Assembly (NCBI GenBank): GCA_963775425.1
Contig: CAVZJB010000008.1
Coordinates: 355,424-419,423 of the forward strand
Origin: an uncultured delta proteobacterium
GTDB lineage: Bacteria > Myxococcota > UBA727 > VGSZ01
Direction of reading: 5' to 3'
DNA: 64,000 nucleotides
In this document: positions 1 through 10,671 of the stretch, piece by piece
Layout of the letters: every line of letters starts with the position of its first letter
How positions within the stretch are numbered: position 1 is the stretch's first letter
Made by a program: the position numbers and the translations under genes
The notes under the pieces: generated by a model
Told to the model about the DNA's origin: nothing
What the model saw: the letters and a program-made list of their open reading frames with translations, nothing else
The model's database searches: none

Positions 1-1
1 C

Positions 2-139
2 GAGGCGCGCCGGGCCCTGCGCCACCTGAGCGCCCCCGCGGTGCGTGAGAAGGCCGACTTCGACGACGAGGTCGTGGCGCCGGCCACCACCGCCGCCCCG
101 CGCGCCGCCGCCCCGCCCGCCGACGCCTCCAAGCGCTGA
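2..139 (+). CDS. 3' end of a gene running in from the left edge
   Basis: Open frame EARRALRHLSAPAVREKADFDDEVV...ASKR ending TGA at 137-139, GC-rich third positions. Confidence 0.6.
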   Translation, partial: EARRALRHLSAPAVREKADFDDEVVAPATTAAPRAAAPPADASKR

Positions 140-330
140 AAGGCTGACGAAGAACAAGGCTCGTAGCACTCGGCGAGACCAGGGCGCGCTTGGGCGCTCG
201 GAATCAGCGAAGGCTAGACAACGTCGCCACCGCCGGAGCTCCTTTCCGCTCCGCCGTGTGGCCGGAGCACCGTCCCCTTCCGGGTGGCTCGGATCAACGG
301 TCCATCGGGCCAGCCCTTACGCGTCAGCCT
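136..330. repeat. MITE-like dispersed intergenic element, copy 1
   Basis: 9-bp terminal inverted repeats AGGCTGACG (141-149)/CGTCAGCCT (322-330); 136-177 and 217-271 match 17601-17641 and 17778-17832. Confidence 0.65.
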
Positions 331-458
331 CTTGAGCCAAGCGACGAGGGGGGCGGGTGTCGACGTGCTAGCGTCGGGCCCGTGATCGCAGCGAGCACGA
401 CGTGCAGCGCCCGGCGCGGAGCGGACACCGCCCAGCGGCGGGCGCGGGGGGAGCACGC

Positions 459-2357
459 GTGACCAAGGGCAGGCGGGCGGCGGACCGGCGCCGGGAGCGC
501 GGGGGCAATGATCTCCTCGACGACGGCTCCGGCACGCGGCCGGGGGAGATCGTCGATCCACTGCCGTCCGACGAGGATGACGACGACGACCTGCCCCTGG
601 TGAGCCAGGTGCGCGAGGTGGAGTCGTCGCAGCCGGTTGAAGGCACCCGCCCGGCCCAGCGCTCGACGCGCGACACCGGCCCCGAGAACGATCCCGAGGC
701 GTCCTTCGTGAAGGCGGTGCGGCGGTCGTCGCGGGAGACGCACCCGGGCGCGGGGGAGTCGACGGCGGCGCGGGCGGCCCCCGATCGTCCGCCGCGCCGC
801 GGCGCGCGCGTGATCGTCCTCGAGGGCGCCGACCAGGGCGGCGAGGCGGACATCGAGCTGACGCCGACGCTCGTCGGGCGCACGGAGTCCGCCGAGATCG
901 GCCTGACGGATCCATGCGTCTCGCTGCGCCACCTCGAGATCCGCTGGTCCGACGACGACGGCTTCACCCTCGAGGACGTCGGCTCGCGCTCGGGCACGCT
1001 GTTGAACGGCCGCGTCGTCGTCGACGAGGTAGCGCTGCGCCACGGCGACGTCATCGCGCTCGGAAAGACCGAGCTGCGCTTCGTGCGCGGCGACAAGATC
1101 CCGCAGCCGCGCCCCGCGCCCGAGCCCGAGCAGCCGCAGATCGAGCCCACCGAGCGCCTGCCCACCCGCGAGGCCACGCGCACCCGCCGCGGGACGGTGC
1201 TCGCGCCGCTGGCGCCCACCCAGCGCGTGGTGGAGATGCGCGAGAAGATCCGGCGCACCACGGTGCGCGTGATCGCCGGCAGCGCGCTGCTCCTCGTCGT
1301 CGCCGTGGCGGCCAAGCTCGTCCACGACCGCTTCTTCACCGACGAGGCGCCGGCGCAGATCCGCGCGCAGGTGGCCGAGCTCCTCGCCGACGGGCGCAAC
1401 CGGCTGCGCGCGCAGGACGTCGACGGCGCCCGCGCCGCCGCCAACACCGTGCTCGCGCTCGACGACAACAACGACGAGGCGCAGAGCCTCTTGAAGATGG
1501 CCATCACGGAGACGGAGGCGCGCGACGCCATCTCGCTCGCGCTGCGCCTCGGCGACGAGGAGCGCGACGTCGAGGCCGAGCAGATCTTGAAGCGCGTCCC
1601 CGACGCCAGCGTGTTCGCGCCCACGCGCGATCGCCTGCGGCAGACGCTCGACGAGCGCGGCCAGGTGCGGTCGCGCCGGCACATCGAGACGCTCCTCGAT
1701 CAAGGCCGCGTGAAAGAGGCCCTCGAGGCGGCCGAGAAGCACATGGCGACGTGGCCCGAGGACGAGGAGGCGCGCGCCATCTTCGAGCGCGTGAAGGCCG
1801 CCCAGGCGGCGATGCCCAAGCACCCGGGCCTCGCCTCGGCGCGCGCCGCGTTCGCCGCCGGCGACCTCGCGCGCGCCAAGCAGATAGCGCTCGACAACGG
1901 CCTCACCGGCTACGCCCACGACGTCGACGACTTCCAGGCGTCGGTGCACAACGGCAAGGCCGCCCTCGCGCGCTTCGACGACGCCGCCGCCGACACGCTC
2001 GACCGCGCCTTCCGCCTCCTGCACGCGCTCGGCGGCGACGCGTCGTCGCCGGTGTTCGCCGGCGTGCGCAAGCCCTACGCCAAGGCGCTGCTCGTCGCCG
2101 GCACCGCCAAGCTCGACAAGAACCCCTGCGCGGGCGCGCGGCAGCTCTACCGCGCCGCCCGCGTCACGCCCGACGATCCGGCGATCGAGGCCAAGCTCAG
2201 GGACCTCGACGCCCGCGCCGTCGCCGCCCTCGACCGCGCCCGCGCCGCCAAACAGGACGACGCCGAGCGCGCCGCCGCCATCGCCCGCGAAGGCGTCTGC
2301 CTCGCCCGCGTCGGCTCCAGGACCTACGAGGCGCTCCGCTCCCTCTCCCGCCTCTGA
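459..2357 (+). CDS. FHA-domain membrane protein with TPR-like helical C-terminus
   Basis: FHA motifs VGR...DPCVSLRH...DVGSRSGTLLNG; one TM segment; helical repeats; start uncertain (GTG 459 chosen). Confidence 0.8.
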   Translation: MTKGRRAADRRRERGGNDLLDDGSGTRPGEIVDPLPSDEDDDDDLPLVSQVREVESSQPVEGTRPAQRSTRDTGPENDPEASFVKAVRRSSRETHPGAGESTAARAAPDRPPRRGARVIVLEGADQGGEADIELTPTLVGRTESAEIGLTDPCVSLRHLEIRWSDDDGFTLEDVGSRSGTLLNGRVVVDEVALRHGDVIALGKTELRFVRGDKIPQPRPAPEPEQPQIEPTERLPTREATRTRRGTVLAPLAPTQRVVEMREKIRRTTVRVIAGSALLLVVAVAAKLVHDRFFTDEAPAQIRAQVAELLADGRNRLRAQDVDGARAAANTVLALDDNNDEAQSLLKMAITETEARDAISLALRLGDEERDVEAEQILKRVPDASVFAPTRDRLRQTLDERGQVRSRRHIETLLDQGRVKEALEAAEKHMATWPEDEEARAIFERVKAAQAAMPKHPGLASARAAFAAGDLARAKQIALDNGLTGYAHDVDDFQASVHNGKAALARFDDAAADTLDRAFRLLHALGGDASSPVFAGVRKPYAKALLVAGTAKLDKNPCAGARQLYRAARVTPDDPAIEAKLRDLDARAVAALDRARAAKQDDAERAAAIAREGVCLARVGSRTYEALRSLSRL

Positions 2358-2378
2358 CGCGCCGCCGCGCGCGCCCAG

Positions 2379-3146
2379 CTACGGCGCGCGCAGGGGGGCG
2401 ACGCCCACGCGGCGGGCGCTCGCTTCGTAGAAGGGCGCGCACAGGCGCTCGTCGATGGACGCGCGCGCGCGCCGCTCGGCGACCCAGTACGCGCCGCTGT
2501 CGTCGACGTCGCCGGCGGCGAGGAGCACCGAGGTGCGCGCGCCCTCGTCGAGGCTGTCGGGGCCGTTCATGTCGAAGCCGGCCTTCAGAAGCTTGGTGGA
2601 GACCACGCCCGGGTGGCAGGCGTTCACCTTCACGCCGGGGGCGCGCCGCGCGAGCTCCACGGTGAACAGCACGTTGGCCAGCTTGGACGCGGCGTACGCG
2701 CCGTAGGCCGAGAACCCGCGCGCCATGTCGATGTCGTCGACGTCGATGCGGCCGCGGGTGTGGGCGACGGAGCTCACGTTCACCACGCGCGGATCCTTCG
2801 ACGCGCGCAGCCGCGCCAGGAGCAGGTGCGTCAGCAGGAAGGGAGCGTCGTGGTTGACCGCCATGCTCATCTCGCGACCGTCGGCGGTGAGCGCGCGGCG
2901 CTTCATGTAGACGCCGGCGTTGTTCACGAGGACGTCGAGCGCTTCGATCTGCCCGGCGAGCGCGCGCACGGCGTCGAGCGAGGACAGCTCCGCCGCCACC
3001 GCCCGCTTGGCGTCGACCTCGGCGCGGGCGCGCTCGGCTTTCTCCTGCGTGCGCCCGTGGACGACGACGTCGAAGCCGCGCGCGGCGAGCTTGCGGGCCG
3101 TCTCCTTGCCGATGCCGTCGGTGGCCCCCGTGACGAGCGCGATCAT
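2379..3146 (-). CDS. Short-chain dehydrogenase/reductase
   Basis: TGATDGIG, NNAG, VNVSS, YAASK motifs. Confidence 0.9.
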   Translation of the reverse strand: MIALVTGATDGIGKETARKLAARGFDVVVHGRTQEKAERARAEVDAKRAVAAELSSLDAVRALAGQIEALDVLVNNAGVYMKRRALTADGREMSMAVNHDAPFLLTHLLLARLRASKDPRVVNVSSVAHTRGRIDVDDIDMARGFSAYGAYAASKLANVLFTVELARRAPGVKVNACHPGVVSTKLLKAGFDMNGPDSLDEGARTSVLLAAGDVDDSGAYWVAERRARASIDERLCAPFYEASARRVGVAPLRAP

Positions 3147-3242
3147 GATGCCTCCCGCCGCCAGCATCCCACGGGGCGTGACACAGGACACGCCGCCGCG
3201 CGCGGGCGCGGCCGGACGCGGTCTCTCCGCCCGCGGAGCGGC

Positions 3243-3271
3243 TTGCATTTGATATGCACGCTTATCATAAT
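3243..3271 (+). promoter_or_regulatory. sigma70-like promoter overlapping a palindrome (candidate MarR operator)
   Basis: TTGCAT-17 bp-CATAAT; inverted repeat TGCAT-N5-ATGCA at 3244-3258; AT-rich patch upstream of RBS AGGAGG. Confidence 0.55.
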
Positions 3272-3296
3272 AGATCTTACCAACCAGGAGGCGGTC

Positions 3297-3929
3297 ATGA
3301 AGGTGCTCATCATCGGCGCGACGGGAGCCACGGGGGCGATGGCGGTGCAGCAGGCGCTCGACGCCGGGCACGAGGTGGTGGCGCTCGCGCGCGCGCCCGA
3401 GAAGCTCGCCGTCACCCACGCGCGGCTGACGGTGGTGCAGGGTGACGCCACCCGCGCCGGCGACCTCGCGCGCGCGCTGCCCGGGGTCGCGGCCGTCGTC
3501 GCCATCCTGAGCCCGCGCAGGAAGGACGACGCGGTGCGTTCGCAGGCGGCGCGCGCGCTCGTCGAGGAGATGAAGCGCGCGGGCGTGGCGCGCCTCGTCT
3601 GGGTGAGCGCGTCGGGCGTCGGCGACAGCCTCGCGCAGGCGGCCAGGTCGTCGTTCGTGTTCGGGCGCGTCATCGTCCCGCTGTTCATGAAGGCGCAGTT
3701 CGCCGACGCCGCCGTCGCCGAGGAGGCCGTGCGCGAGAGCGACCTCGACTGGACCGTGGTTCGCCCGGTGCAGCTCGTGAACGCCCCCGCGCGCAACGAC
3801 GTCGGCGCGTCGCTCGACGGCGAGAAGCTCACGCGCCTTCAGATCCCACGCGCCGACGTCGCCGCGTTCCTCGTCGCGCAGGTGACGTCCGACGCGTACG
3901 CGCGGCGCATGCCGGTGATCCATGGCTGA
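3297..3929 (+). CDS. NAD(P)H-binding (flavin reductase/NmrA-like) oxidoreductase
   Basis: IIGATGATG, DWTVVRP, IPRADVA; RBS AGGAGG. Confidence 0.88.
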   Translation: MKVLIIGATGATGAMAVQQALDAGHEVVALARAPEKLAVTHARLTVVQGDATRAGDLARALPGVAAVVAILSPRRKDDAVRSQAARALVEEMKRAGVARLVWVSASGVGDSLAQAARSSFVFGRVIVPLFMKAQFADAAVAEEAVRESDLDWTVVRPVQLVNAPARNDVGASLDGEKLTRLQIPRADVAAFLVAQVTSDAYARRMPVIHG

Positions 3930-4380
3930 GCCGCGGCCTACGGAGACGGGCGGCCCCCTGGCCAGCCCGGGGTGGCACCTTTGGCAGGCGGCGCTGCGCT
4001 GGAAGAACGCCGTGCGCACCGCACTCGCGCCGCACGGGCTCACGCCCACGCAGTTCTTCGTGCTCGGCGCCGCCGGCTGGATGGAGAGGACCGCGGGCGC
4101 GCCCCGCCAGAAGGACGTCGCCGCGCTCGCCGGGCTCGACCTGATGACGACGTCGCAGGTGGTGCGCGCCCTCGACAAGGCCGGGCTCCTCGCGCGCCAC
4201 GACGACCCAGACGACGCGCGCTCCTGGCGGCTGTCGCCCACGCCGGCTGGCCGCGCCGTCCTCAAGAAGGCCGCCGCCGCCGTGCGCGCCGCCGACGCCG
4301 CGTTCTTCGCGAAGATCCCCGCGCGCTTCGTCGACGCCGTCGACGGGCTCGGCGAAGAGCCGTCGATGGCTCGCTCTTAG
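3922..4380 (+). CDS. MarR family transcriptional regulator
   Basis: GLTPTQFFVL, DPDDARSWRLSPT winged-helix pattern. Confidence 0.9.
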   Translation: MAEPRPTETGGPLASPGWHLWQAALRWKNAVRTALAPHGLTPTQFFVLGAAGWMERTAGAPRQKDVAALAGLDLMTTSQVVRALDKAGLLARHDDPDDARSWRLSPTPAGRAVLKKAAAAVRAADAAFFAKIPARFVDAVDGLGEEPSMARS

Positions 4381-5498
4381 AACGCGCCGCCGAAGCGGAT
4401 GAGCGTCCCCGGCGGCGCCTTGTCGACGTCGTGCATGTCCGGGATCTCGCGGGTCTGCCCGTAGCGGGCGAGGACGTCATCGCGCCAGTTCTTCACGGCG
4501 TCGCGGTTGTGGCGGTAGGCGCCGGCTACGGCGCCGAAGACGCCGCCGGCGTACCAGCCGAGCTCGAACACGGTGAGCACCGCGGCCACGGCGAAGTCGC
4601 CCGTGAGCCACGCCGACGCCGCCGCGAAGATGAACAGGGAGTTCCACACGAGCGAGGTCACGCCGGTGCCCCACTGCCCCAGGTAGAAGTGGCCGAGGCC
4701 GGGCACGATGGACAACACGCCCGCGAGCAGCGGGTCCTTGAGCTCGACGTCGTCCTTGGCGTCGATGGCCTTCACGATCCCGAGCGCGTCCTTGGCGTGC
4801 ATGCCCTTTTGGTCCGCGAGCTCCTGGAAGTAGACGCGCGCCTGATCGAGCTCGCCGGCGTCGAAGTGGCCCCACGCGAGCAGCCACCTGGACTGCACCT
4901 TCAGCGTCTTCGGCGTGCCGCCGTCCTCGACGAGCAAACGGAAGCGCGGCTTGGCGAGCTCCGGGCGGTTGTCGAGCAGGTACGCGCGGCCCGCGCCGAA
5001 CAGCGCCGCCTGGCGAAGGTCGATGGTGCCCGCGCGCTGCGCGACGCCGTCGAGCTGACGGCCCGCGGCGTCCCACTGCTCGCCGCGCGCGAGCGCCTCC
5101 CCGATGGCGAGCGCCGCGCGCTCGGCCTCGTTCCCGACGCCCTTCACCTGCCACAGATAGCGGCGGTACTCGGTGATGGCCCGATACCAATCGCCGTCGC
5201 GAAACAGGTGGTCCGCGAACGCCAGCGTCTGCAGTTGCTCCGCCGTCGGCTCGGGCGCGGGCGCGACCGCGCTCGTCGCCGGGGGCGGCGCCGCGTCGCT
5301 TGGCGCGGGGGCCGGCGCGTCGCTCGTCGCGGGGGCGGACGCGTCGGTGGCGGCGCCGTCGGCCGCGGGCACGGCGGCGGCCTTGTCCGCGGGCGCGGGC
5401 GCGGCGGGGGCCTTGCCGGCGGGCGCGGCGTCGTGCGCAGGCGTGTCGGCGGCGGCGGGGGCGGCGCTCAAAAACAGGGCGGTGGCGATGGCGATCAT
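4377..5498 (-). CDS. Exported TPR protein with C-terminal TM2-like membrane segment
   Basis: Signal peptide, Ala/Pro linker, TPR (DWYRAITEYRRY), PLLAGVLSIVPGLGHFYLGQW. Confidence 0.75.
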   Translation of the reverse strand: MIAIATALFLSAAPAAADTPAHDAAPAGKAPAAPAPADKAAAVPAADGAATDASAPATSDAPAPAPSDAAPPPATSAVAPAPEPTAEQLQTLAFADHLFRDGDWYRAITEYRRYLWQVKGVGNEAERAALAIGEALARGEQWDAAGRQLDGVAQRAGTIDLRQAALFGAGRAYLLDNRPELAKPRFRLLVEDGGTPKTLKVQSRWLLAWGHFDAGELDQARVYFQELADQKGMHAKDALGIVKAIDAKDDVELKDPLLAGVLSIVPGLGHFYLGQWGTGVTSLVWNSLFIFAAASAWLTGDFAVAAVLTVFELGWYAGGVFGAVAGAYRHNRDAVKNWRDDVLARYGQTREIPDMHDVDKAPPGTLIRFGGAF

Positions 5499-6229
5499 GG
5501 CGTCTCGTGCGGGTGATCGGAGGCGTCGCTCTTGGGGAGCGCAATCGCGGGGAGGGTCGCGCGGGCGAGCTTCTTTTGGGGCAGCGGCGGCAGCTCGAGC
5601 GGCTGCTCGTCGGCGTGCGGGGGCAAGCCGGTGAAGCGCTCGGCGTGCCAGAACTCGTAGTTGGTGATGGGGTCGTACACGCGCGTGCCGCCCCAGCCCT
5701 CCACCTCGGGGAAGCGGCGGATGGGCGTGGACTCGCTCGGCGCGATCACACGGTCGAGGGTCATCACGATGCCGAGCAGGCCGTGGCGCGCCACCGCCTG
5801 CGCGCCGAAGCGCGAGCAGGTCGGCAGGTGCGTGCAGCGCGGGCCGTCGATCTTGGTGATGAGGTTCGCGTATCCGAGCGACGCCAGGTACAGCGGGCTC
5901 GACGACAACCCCGGCCCCACGACGTTCGGCCCGCGCCCCGGCCCCTTGTCGAGCGCGAGCTCGGGGATGTCCGGGTCCATGCGCAAGGGCGGCGGCGGCG
6001 GCCCCTCGCCGGGCACCTTGGCCGCGTCGCCCACCGCGGGGTGCGCGTGGCGCGCCTTGCCCTTTTGCCCCTGGCGGACGACGTCGCGGACCGCGCCGGC
6101 GTCGAAGGGCCCAAACGGCTGTTTGTCCTCGGCGCGCGCGCCGGCGGCGAAGAGCGCGACGGCGCACCCGGCCAGCGCGCAACGCGACGCGCGTGTGGGC
6201 CACGACGGGAGGGAGCGGCCGCCGCTCAT
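5495..6229 (-). CDS. YidD-like (membrane protein insertion efficiency factor) domain protein with signal peptide
   Basis: RCTHLPTCSRFGAQAVARHG resembles the YidD CRFxPTCSxY motif. Confidence 0.7.
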   Translation of the reverse strand: MSGGRSLPSWPTRASRCALAGCAVALFAAGARAEDKQPFGPFDAGAVRDVVRQGQKGKARHAHPAVGDAAKVPGEGPPPPPLRMDPDIPELALDKGPGRGPNVVGPGLSSSPLYLASLGYANLITKIDGPRCTHLPTCSRFGAQAVARHGLLGIVMTLDRVIAPSESTPIRRFPEVEGWGGTRVYDPITNYEFWHAERFTGLPPHADEQPLELPPLPQKKLARATLPAIALPKSDASDHPHETP

Positions 6230-8034
6230 CGCTGGCCCGGCGCCGCGTTCGTCGGCGGCGACGCGTTCGTCGGCGGCGGCGCGGCGGGGCTCGGCTGCGG
6301 CGCGCCCTCGCCCTTGTCCCTGCGGCGCCGGCCGTCGGGATCTTTCTGGTCGGCGCGGGCGCGCGTCACCGCCTGCTTGATCGGCTCACGATCGTCCTTG
6401 ATGGCGTCGAGCGCCTTCCTGGCCTCCGGCAGCGGCGCCGCGCCGAGCGCGTCGATGACGCCGACGAGGTCGGCGACGCACAGCTTGGGCCCGGCGCCGT
6501 CGAGCGCCTTCACGGCGTTCTTCGCCTGCTCCTCACCCGACGACGCCATGGCGGTGACGGCGCGGCAGACGCGGCAGGTGGACGTCTTCGCGAGCGGCGC
6601 CAGCGCCTTGCCGACGAGCTTCGGCGACTTGCGCACCAGCGCCCGCCGCGCGGCGCGCACCCGGTTTGCCCCCTCGTCGCCGCCGGCGACCACCTTTTCG
6701 CCGGTCCTCTTGGCGAGCGCGGGATCGAACGGCGAGGCGCGGAACGCTTCGTCGAGCGCTTCGGTGGCGTCGACGTCCGCCTTGCCCACGAGGTGCGCCG
6801 CCGCGCGCGTGACGTTCAGCCGGCCGTAGTCACCGTCCATCGCCACCGCCCGCTGGGCCGCGCGGCCCATGCAGCCGGTGTCGCCGAGGCCTGCGCAGGC
6901 GTCGGCCAGGAGCCACGAGATGTCCTCGTCGACGGGCAGCCGCGGCGGCCCCTTGATGAACGGGTTCAACAGCTCGGCGGCCGCCTTGTAGTCGCCCTTC
7001 TTCTGCGCGAGCAGCGCCTTGAGCGCCGCCGTCTCCTTGGCGTAGCCCGCGCGCGGCGAGAGCGTGGAGAGGATGGTCTGCACCTCGGCTTCGTCGCCGT
7101 CCTTCCGGGTCAGCGAGCGGCCGAGCCAGTAGAGCACCTCGCCGCGCCGGCCCTCATCGAGGTTCTTTTCGGAGCCCTTCAACAGCGCGATGCCCTCGTC
7201 GATGGACCTGGGCGTCCCCTCGAGCACCAGCGCGCGCCCGCGCACGGCGTCGAGCCACGGGTGGCTCTTGACGGCGGCCGCCTCCTTGACCGCCTCGGGG
7301 TAGAGCCCGACGTCGAGATAGAGCTCCGCGAGCAGCGCGTGCGCGCGCGCCGAGTCCGGGCGCGCCGCGAGCACCTTCTCGAGGTCGCCGTGGACGTCGT
7401 CGAGCGTGCCGCCCGTCATCTTCTGCGCGAGCGCGAGGAAGAGGTGCGGGTCGGCGGTGGCGGTCGGCGTGCTCTCGACGAGCTGCACCAGCGTCTTGGC
7501 GTTGGCGAGCGAGCCGACGGCGGCGTCCACGAGCGCGCGCGCTCCCTGGCCCACCGGCGACGCCGCGTTGAGCGTGGCTGCATAGGTGGCCAGGCCGCGC
7601 GCGTCGGTGAGGCGATCCTTGTACCCGGTGACGGTGGGCTCGAGGACCAACGAGGCGGCGAGGAGCGCCACCGCCTCCGAGCGGTCGATGTCGGTGGCGG
7701 CGGACTTGTACCAGGAGACCGCGAGCTCGCCGGCCCGCTTCTCCGAGCCGGGCGTCAGCTCGTGGAACGCGTCGAGCACCGGGGTCGCCGACGTCACCTT
7801 GGCGGCGTCCGCCGGCAGCGCCTGCACGCGCTTCTCGAGCACGCGCTGCCCCCAGGCGGGCGTGGCCATGTTGGGGAAAGGAGGGCGCGTGTCGCCGTCG
7901 ACCGGCTTGGGCGCCTTGGGTGTCCCCGCGTCGACCACCTTCGACGGCGACGACGGGCAAGCGGAGAGCGCGAGCGCGCCGCCGGCGGCAACGGCGACGA
8001 CGACGCGGGCGAGGAGCGGTCGGAGGGGTCGCAT
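6226..8034 (-). CDS. TPR-containing lipoprotein
   Basis: Lipobox-like LALSAC; TPR-like repeats (PDSARAHALLAELYL). Confidence 0.7.
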   Translation of the reverse strand: MRPLRPLLARVVVAVAAGGALALSACPSSPSKVVDAGTPKAPKPVDGDTRPPFPNMATPAWGQRVLEKRVQALPADAAKVTSATPVLDAFHELTPGSEKRAGELAVSWYKSAATDIDRSEAVALLAASLVLEPTVTGYKDRLTDARGLATYAATLNAASPVGQGARALVDAAVGSLANAKTLVQLVESTPTATADPHLFLALAQKMTGGTLDDVHGDLEKVLAARPDSARAHALLAELYLDVGLYPEAVKEAAAVKSHPWLDAVRGRALVLEGTPRSIDEGIALLKGSEKNLDEGRRGEVLYWLGRSLTRKDGDEAEVQTILSTLSPRAGYAKETAALKALLAQKKGDYKAAAELLNPFIKGPPRLPVDEDISWLLADACAGLGDTGCMGRAAQRAVAMDGDYGRLNVTRAAAHLVGKADVDATEALDEAFRASPFDPALAKRTGEKVVAGGDEGANRVRAARRALVRKSPKLVGKALAPLAKTSTCRVCRAVTAMASSGEEQAKNAVKALDGAGPKLCVADLVGVIDALGAAPLPEARKALDAIKDDREPIKQAVTRARADQKDPDGRRRRDKGEGAPQPSPAAPPPTNASPPTNAAPGQR

Positions 8035-8123
8035 GCGCGGGTGTGCTTGCACGTCGAGCGCGCCAAGCCAAGCCGCGCCGCCGCCGAGGAGGGGCGGGGA
8101 CACGGCGCCCCGTGGCGGGCTCC

Positions 8124-9584
8124 TCACAGGGCCCTCTCGATCCGCTCGCACAGGAGGCCCAGCACCTCGAGGCGGGCGGCGCGCTTGTCCTCGGCGGCGA
8201 CGAGGTTCCAGGGGGCGATCTCCGTCGACGTTCTCGCCACCATGTCGTGCACCGCGAGGGTGTACGCGGGCCACTTCTCCCGGTTCCGATAGTCCTCGGC
8301 GGTGATCTTGTACCGCTTGAAGGCGGTCTTTTCGCGCTGCTCGAACCGGCGGAGCTGCTCGGCGGGGTCGATGTGCAGCCAGAGCTTGGTCATCACGACG
8401 CCGTTGTCGACGAGCTGCTCCTCGAAGTCGTTGATCTCCTGGTACGCGCGCTGCCACTCGTCGTCACGGGCGAAGCCCTCGACGCGCTCCACGAGGACGC
8501 GTCCGTACCAGGAGCGATCATAGATGGTCATCGCGCCGCGGCCGGGCAGCCGGCGCCAGAAGCGCCACAGGTAGTGCTGCGCGCGCTCCTCGTCGGTGGG
8601 GGCGGCGATGGGGATCACGCGGTAGTCGCGCGCATCGAGCGCCTCGGTCACCCGGCGAATGGCGCCGCCCTTGCCCGCGGCGTCCCACCCCTCGAACACC
8701 GCGATGGCCGAGCCTCCCTGCCGCCGCAGCCTGGCGAAGGCGTGGTTGAGCCGCCCCTGCAGGCCCTCGAGCTTCCTCTCGTAGCCGTGCAGGTCCGCGC
8801 GGCGCGACAGGTCCACGGTGTCGAGGATGGTCTTGCCGTCGACGGGCGCCGGCATCGCCCGGTGGGCCCGCGGCGGCGGCTTGCGGTCGAGGCGCGCGCG
8901 CAGCGCCGCGGCGATGGTCTCGCCGACGGCGAGGTCCCGAAAGCGGTGGTCGGTGGCCTCGACCACTGTCCACGGGGCCGGCCCCGTCGACGTCTCCCGG
9001 AGCGCCCGCTCGCTGACGTTCCTGAAGCGGCGGTAGTGCGCGCGGTTGCGCAGGTCCTCGTCGGTGACGCGCCAACGCGTCCGCTTGTTGCCGATGAGCT
9101 CCGCGTACCTGCGGCCCTGCTCCTTCTTCGACAGATGGAACCACAGCTTGATGATGAGGGCGCCGTCGTCGACGAGGGCCCGCTCGAACCCCATGATGCG
9201 CTCGAGCGCGGCGATGAAGGCGCTCTTGCCGATCTCCTTGTGGACGCGATCGACGATGGGCCGCGTGTACCAGTTGCCGAAGTAGATGCCGATGGTGCCC
9301 TTGGGGGCGAGGTCCCTCCAGAAGCGCCAGTATTCGGGGCGCTCCCGCTCCTCCTCCGTCGGGTCCCGCATCGCGAACGTGCGCAGGTAGCGCGTATCCA
9401 TCCACTCGTGCAGGAGGTTGACGGCGTCGCCCTTGCCGGAGCCGTCGACGCCGTTGATGAGGATGAAGACCTGGAAGTCCGCGAGCCTCTCCTGCAGTCG
9501 CAGCAGTTGCGTCCGGAGCACGGGCACGCGCTTGTCGTAGTCGGCCTTCTGAACGGATCGATTGAGCTCGGCGGTCTCGAACAT
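8124..9584 (-). CDS. pap: Polyphosphate:AMP phosphotransferase (two-domain PPK2)
   Basis: Two PPK2 domains: GVDGSGKG and [28 protein letters not shown]. Confidence 0.93.
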   Translation of the reverse strand: MFETAELNRSVQKADYDKRVPVLRTQLLRLQERLADFQVFILINGVDGSGKGDAVNLLHEWMDTRYLRTFAMRDPTEEERERPEYWRFWRDLAPKGTIGIYFGNWYTRPIVDRVHKEIGKSAFIAALERIMGFERALVDDGALIIKLWFHLSKKEQGRRYAELIGNKRTRWRVTDEDLRNRAHYRRFRNVSERALRETSTGPAPWTVVEATDHRFRDLAVGETIAAALRARLDRKPPPRAHRAMPAPVDGKTILDTVDLSRRADLHGYERKLEGLQGRLNHAFARLRRQGGSAIAVFEGWDAAGKGGAIRRVTEALDARDYRVIPIAAPTDEERAQHYLWRFWRRLPGRGAMTIYDRSWYGRVLVERVEGFARDDEWQRAYQEINDFEEQLVDNGVVMTKLWLHIDPAEQLRRFEQREKTAFKRYKITAEDYRNREKWPAYTLAVHDMVARTSTEIAPWNLVAAEDKRAARLEVLGLLCERIERAL

Positions 9585-9622
9585 CCCGCGAAGCTACCAA
9601 AGCCGGGCTAGTCTTCGGCGCC

Positions 9623-10654
9623 ATGCGACCCGACAAGCAGCGGCTGGTTCATATCACGGAGACCACGCTCGACGAGCCGCGCCTCTGGGTGACCGAATAC
9701 GGCGAGGCGGACCACCGGGTGCGCGAGGTGAAGCCCGAGGAGCTCGCCGGCCTCACCACCGGCGACGGCGTCGTGTGGGTCAACGTCGACGGGCGCCAGG
9801 ACGAAAAGACCGTCGCCGCCCTCGGCGAGCGCTTCGGGCTCCACCCGCTGCTGCTCGAGGACGTCACCAACATGGAGCAGCGGCCCAAGCTCGAGGAGTA
9901 CGTCGGCCTGGTGTTCGTGGTGATGAAGATGCTGCGTACGGACCCGGACGCCGAGCGCATCTACGTCGAGCACATGAGCCTCATCCTCAAGGACAAGCTC
10001 GTCATCACGTTCCAGGAGCGCGTCGGCGACGTGTTCGACGACGTCCGCAAGAGCCTCAAGAACGCCACCGGCAAGATCCGCAAGCTCGGCGCCGACTACC
10101 TCGCCTACCGCCTCGTCGACGCCATCGTCGACAACTACTTCGTCGCTGTCGACGCCATGGCCGAGCTCGTCGAGACCATGGAGACGCAGATGACCGAGGA
10201 CCCCAAGGGCATCGAGGCCAACGAGCTGCACATGCTCAAGCGCGAGAGCCTCTTCCTGCGCAAGGTGGTGGTCCCCGCGCGCGAGATCATCGCCACCTTC
10301 TCCAAGCTCGAGGACACCGCGCTCATCCAGCCGGTCACGCACGTCTACCTGCGCGACGTCTACGACCACACCGCGCAGGTGGCCGAGAACCTCGACGTTC
10401 AGCGCGGCATCCTCGCGTCGATGACCGACGTGTACCACGCGTCTTTGTCCAACCGGCTCAACGAGGTGATGAAGGTGATGACCATGGTGTCCACGATCTT
10501 CATCCCCTTGAGCTTCATCGCGGGCGTCTACGGCATGAACTTCCGCTACATGCCCGAGCTGCACGAGCGCTGGGGCTACCCCGTGGTGCTGGCGGTGATG
10601 ATCGTCGCCGCCATCGGCATGCTCGCGTTGTTCAAGCGCAAGCGGTGGTTCTAG
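9623..10654 (+). CDS. corA: Magnesium/cobalt transporter CorA
   Basis: GVYGMNF signature, [12 protein letters not shown]. Confidence 0.95.
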   Translation: MRPDKQRLVHITETTLDEPRLWVTEYGEADHRVREVKPEELAGLTTGDGVVWVNVDGRQDEKTVAALGERFGLHPLLLEDVTNMEQRPKLEEYVGLVFVVMKMLRTDPDAERIYVEHMSLILKDKLVITFQERVGDVFDDVRKSLKNATGKIRKLGADYLAYRLVDAIVDNYFVAVDAMAELVETMETQMTEDPKGIEANELHMLKRESLFLRKVVVPAREIIATFSKLEDTALIQPVTHVYLRDVYDHTAQVAENLDVQRGILASMTDVYHASLSNRLNEVMKVMTMVSTIFIPLSFIAGVYGMNFRYMPELHERWGYPVVLAVMIVAAIGMLALFKRKRWF

Positions 10655-10671
10655 AACGGTTGTCGGGGAGC

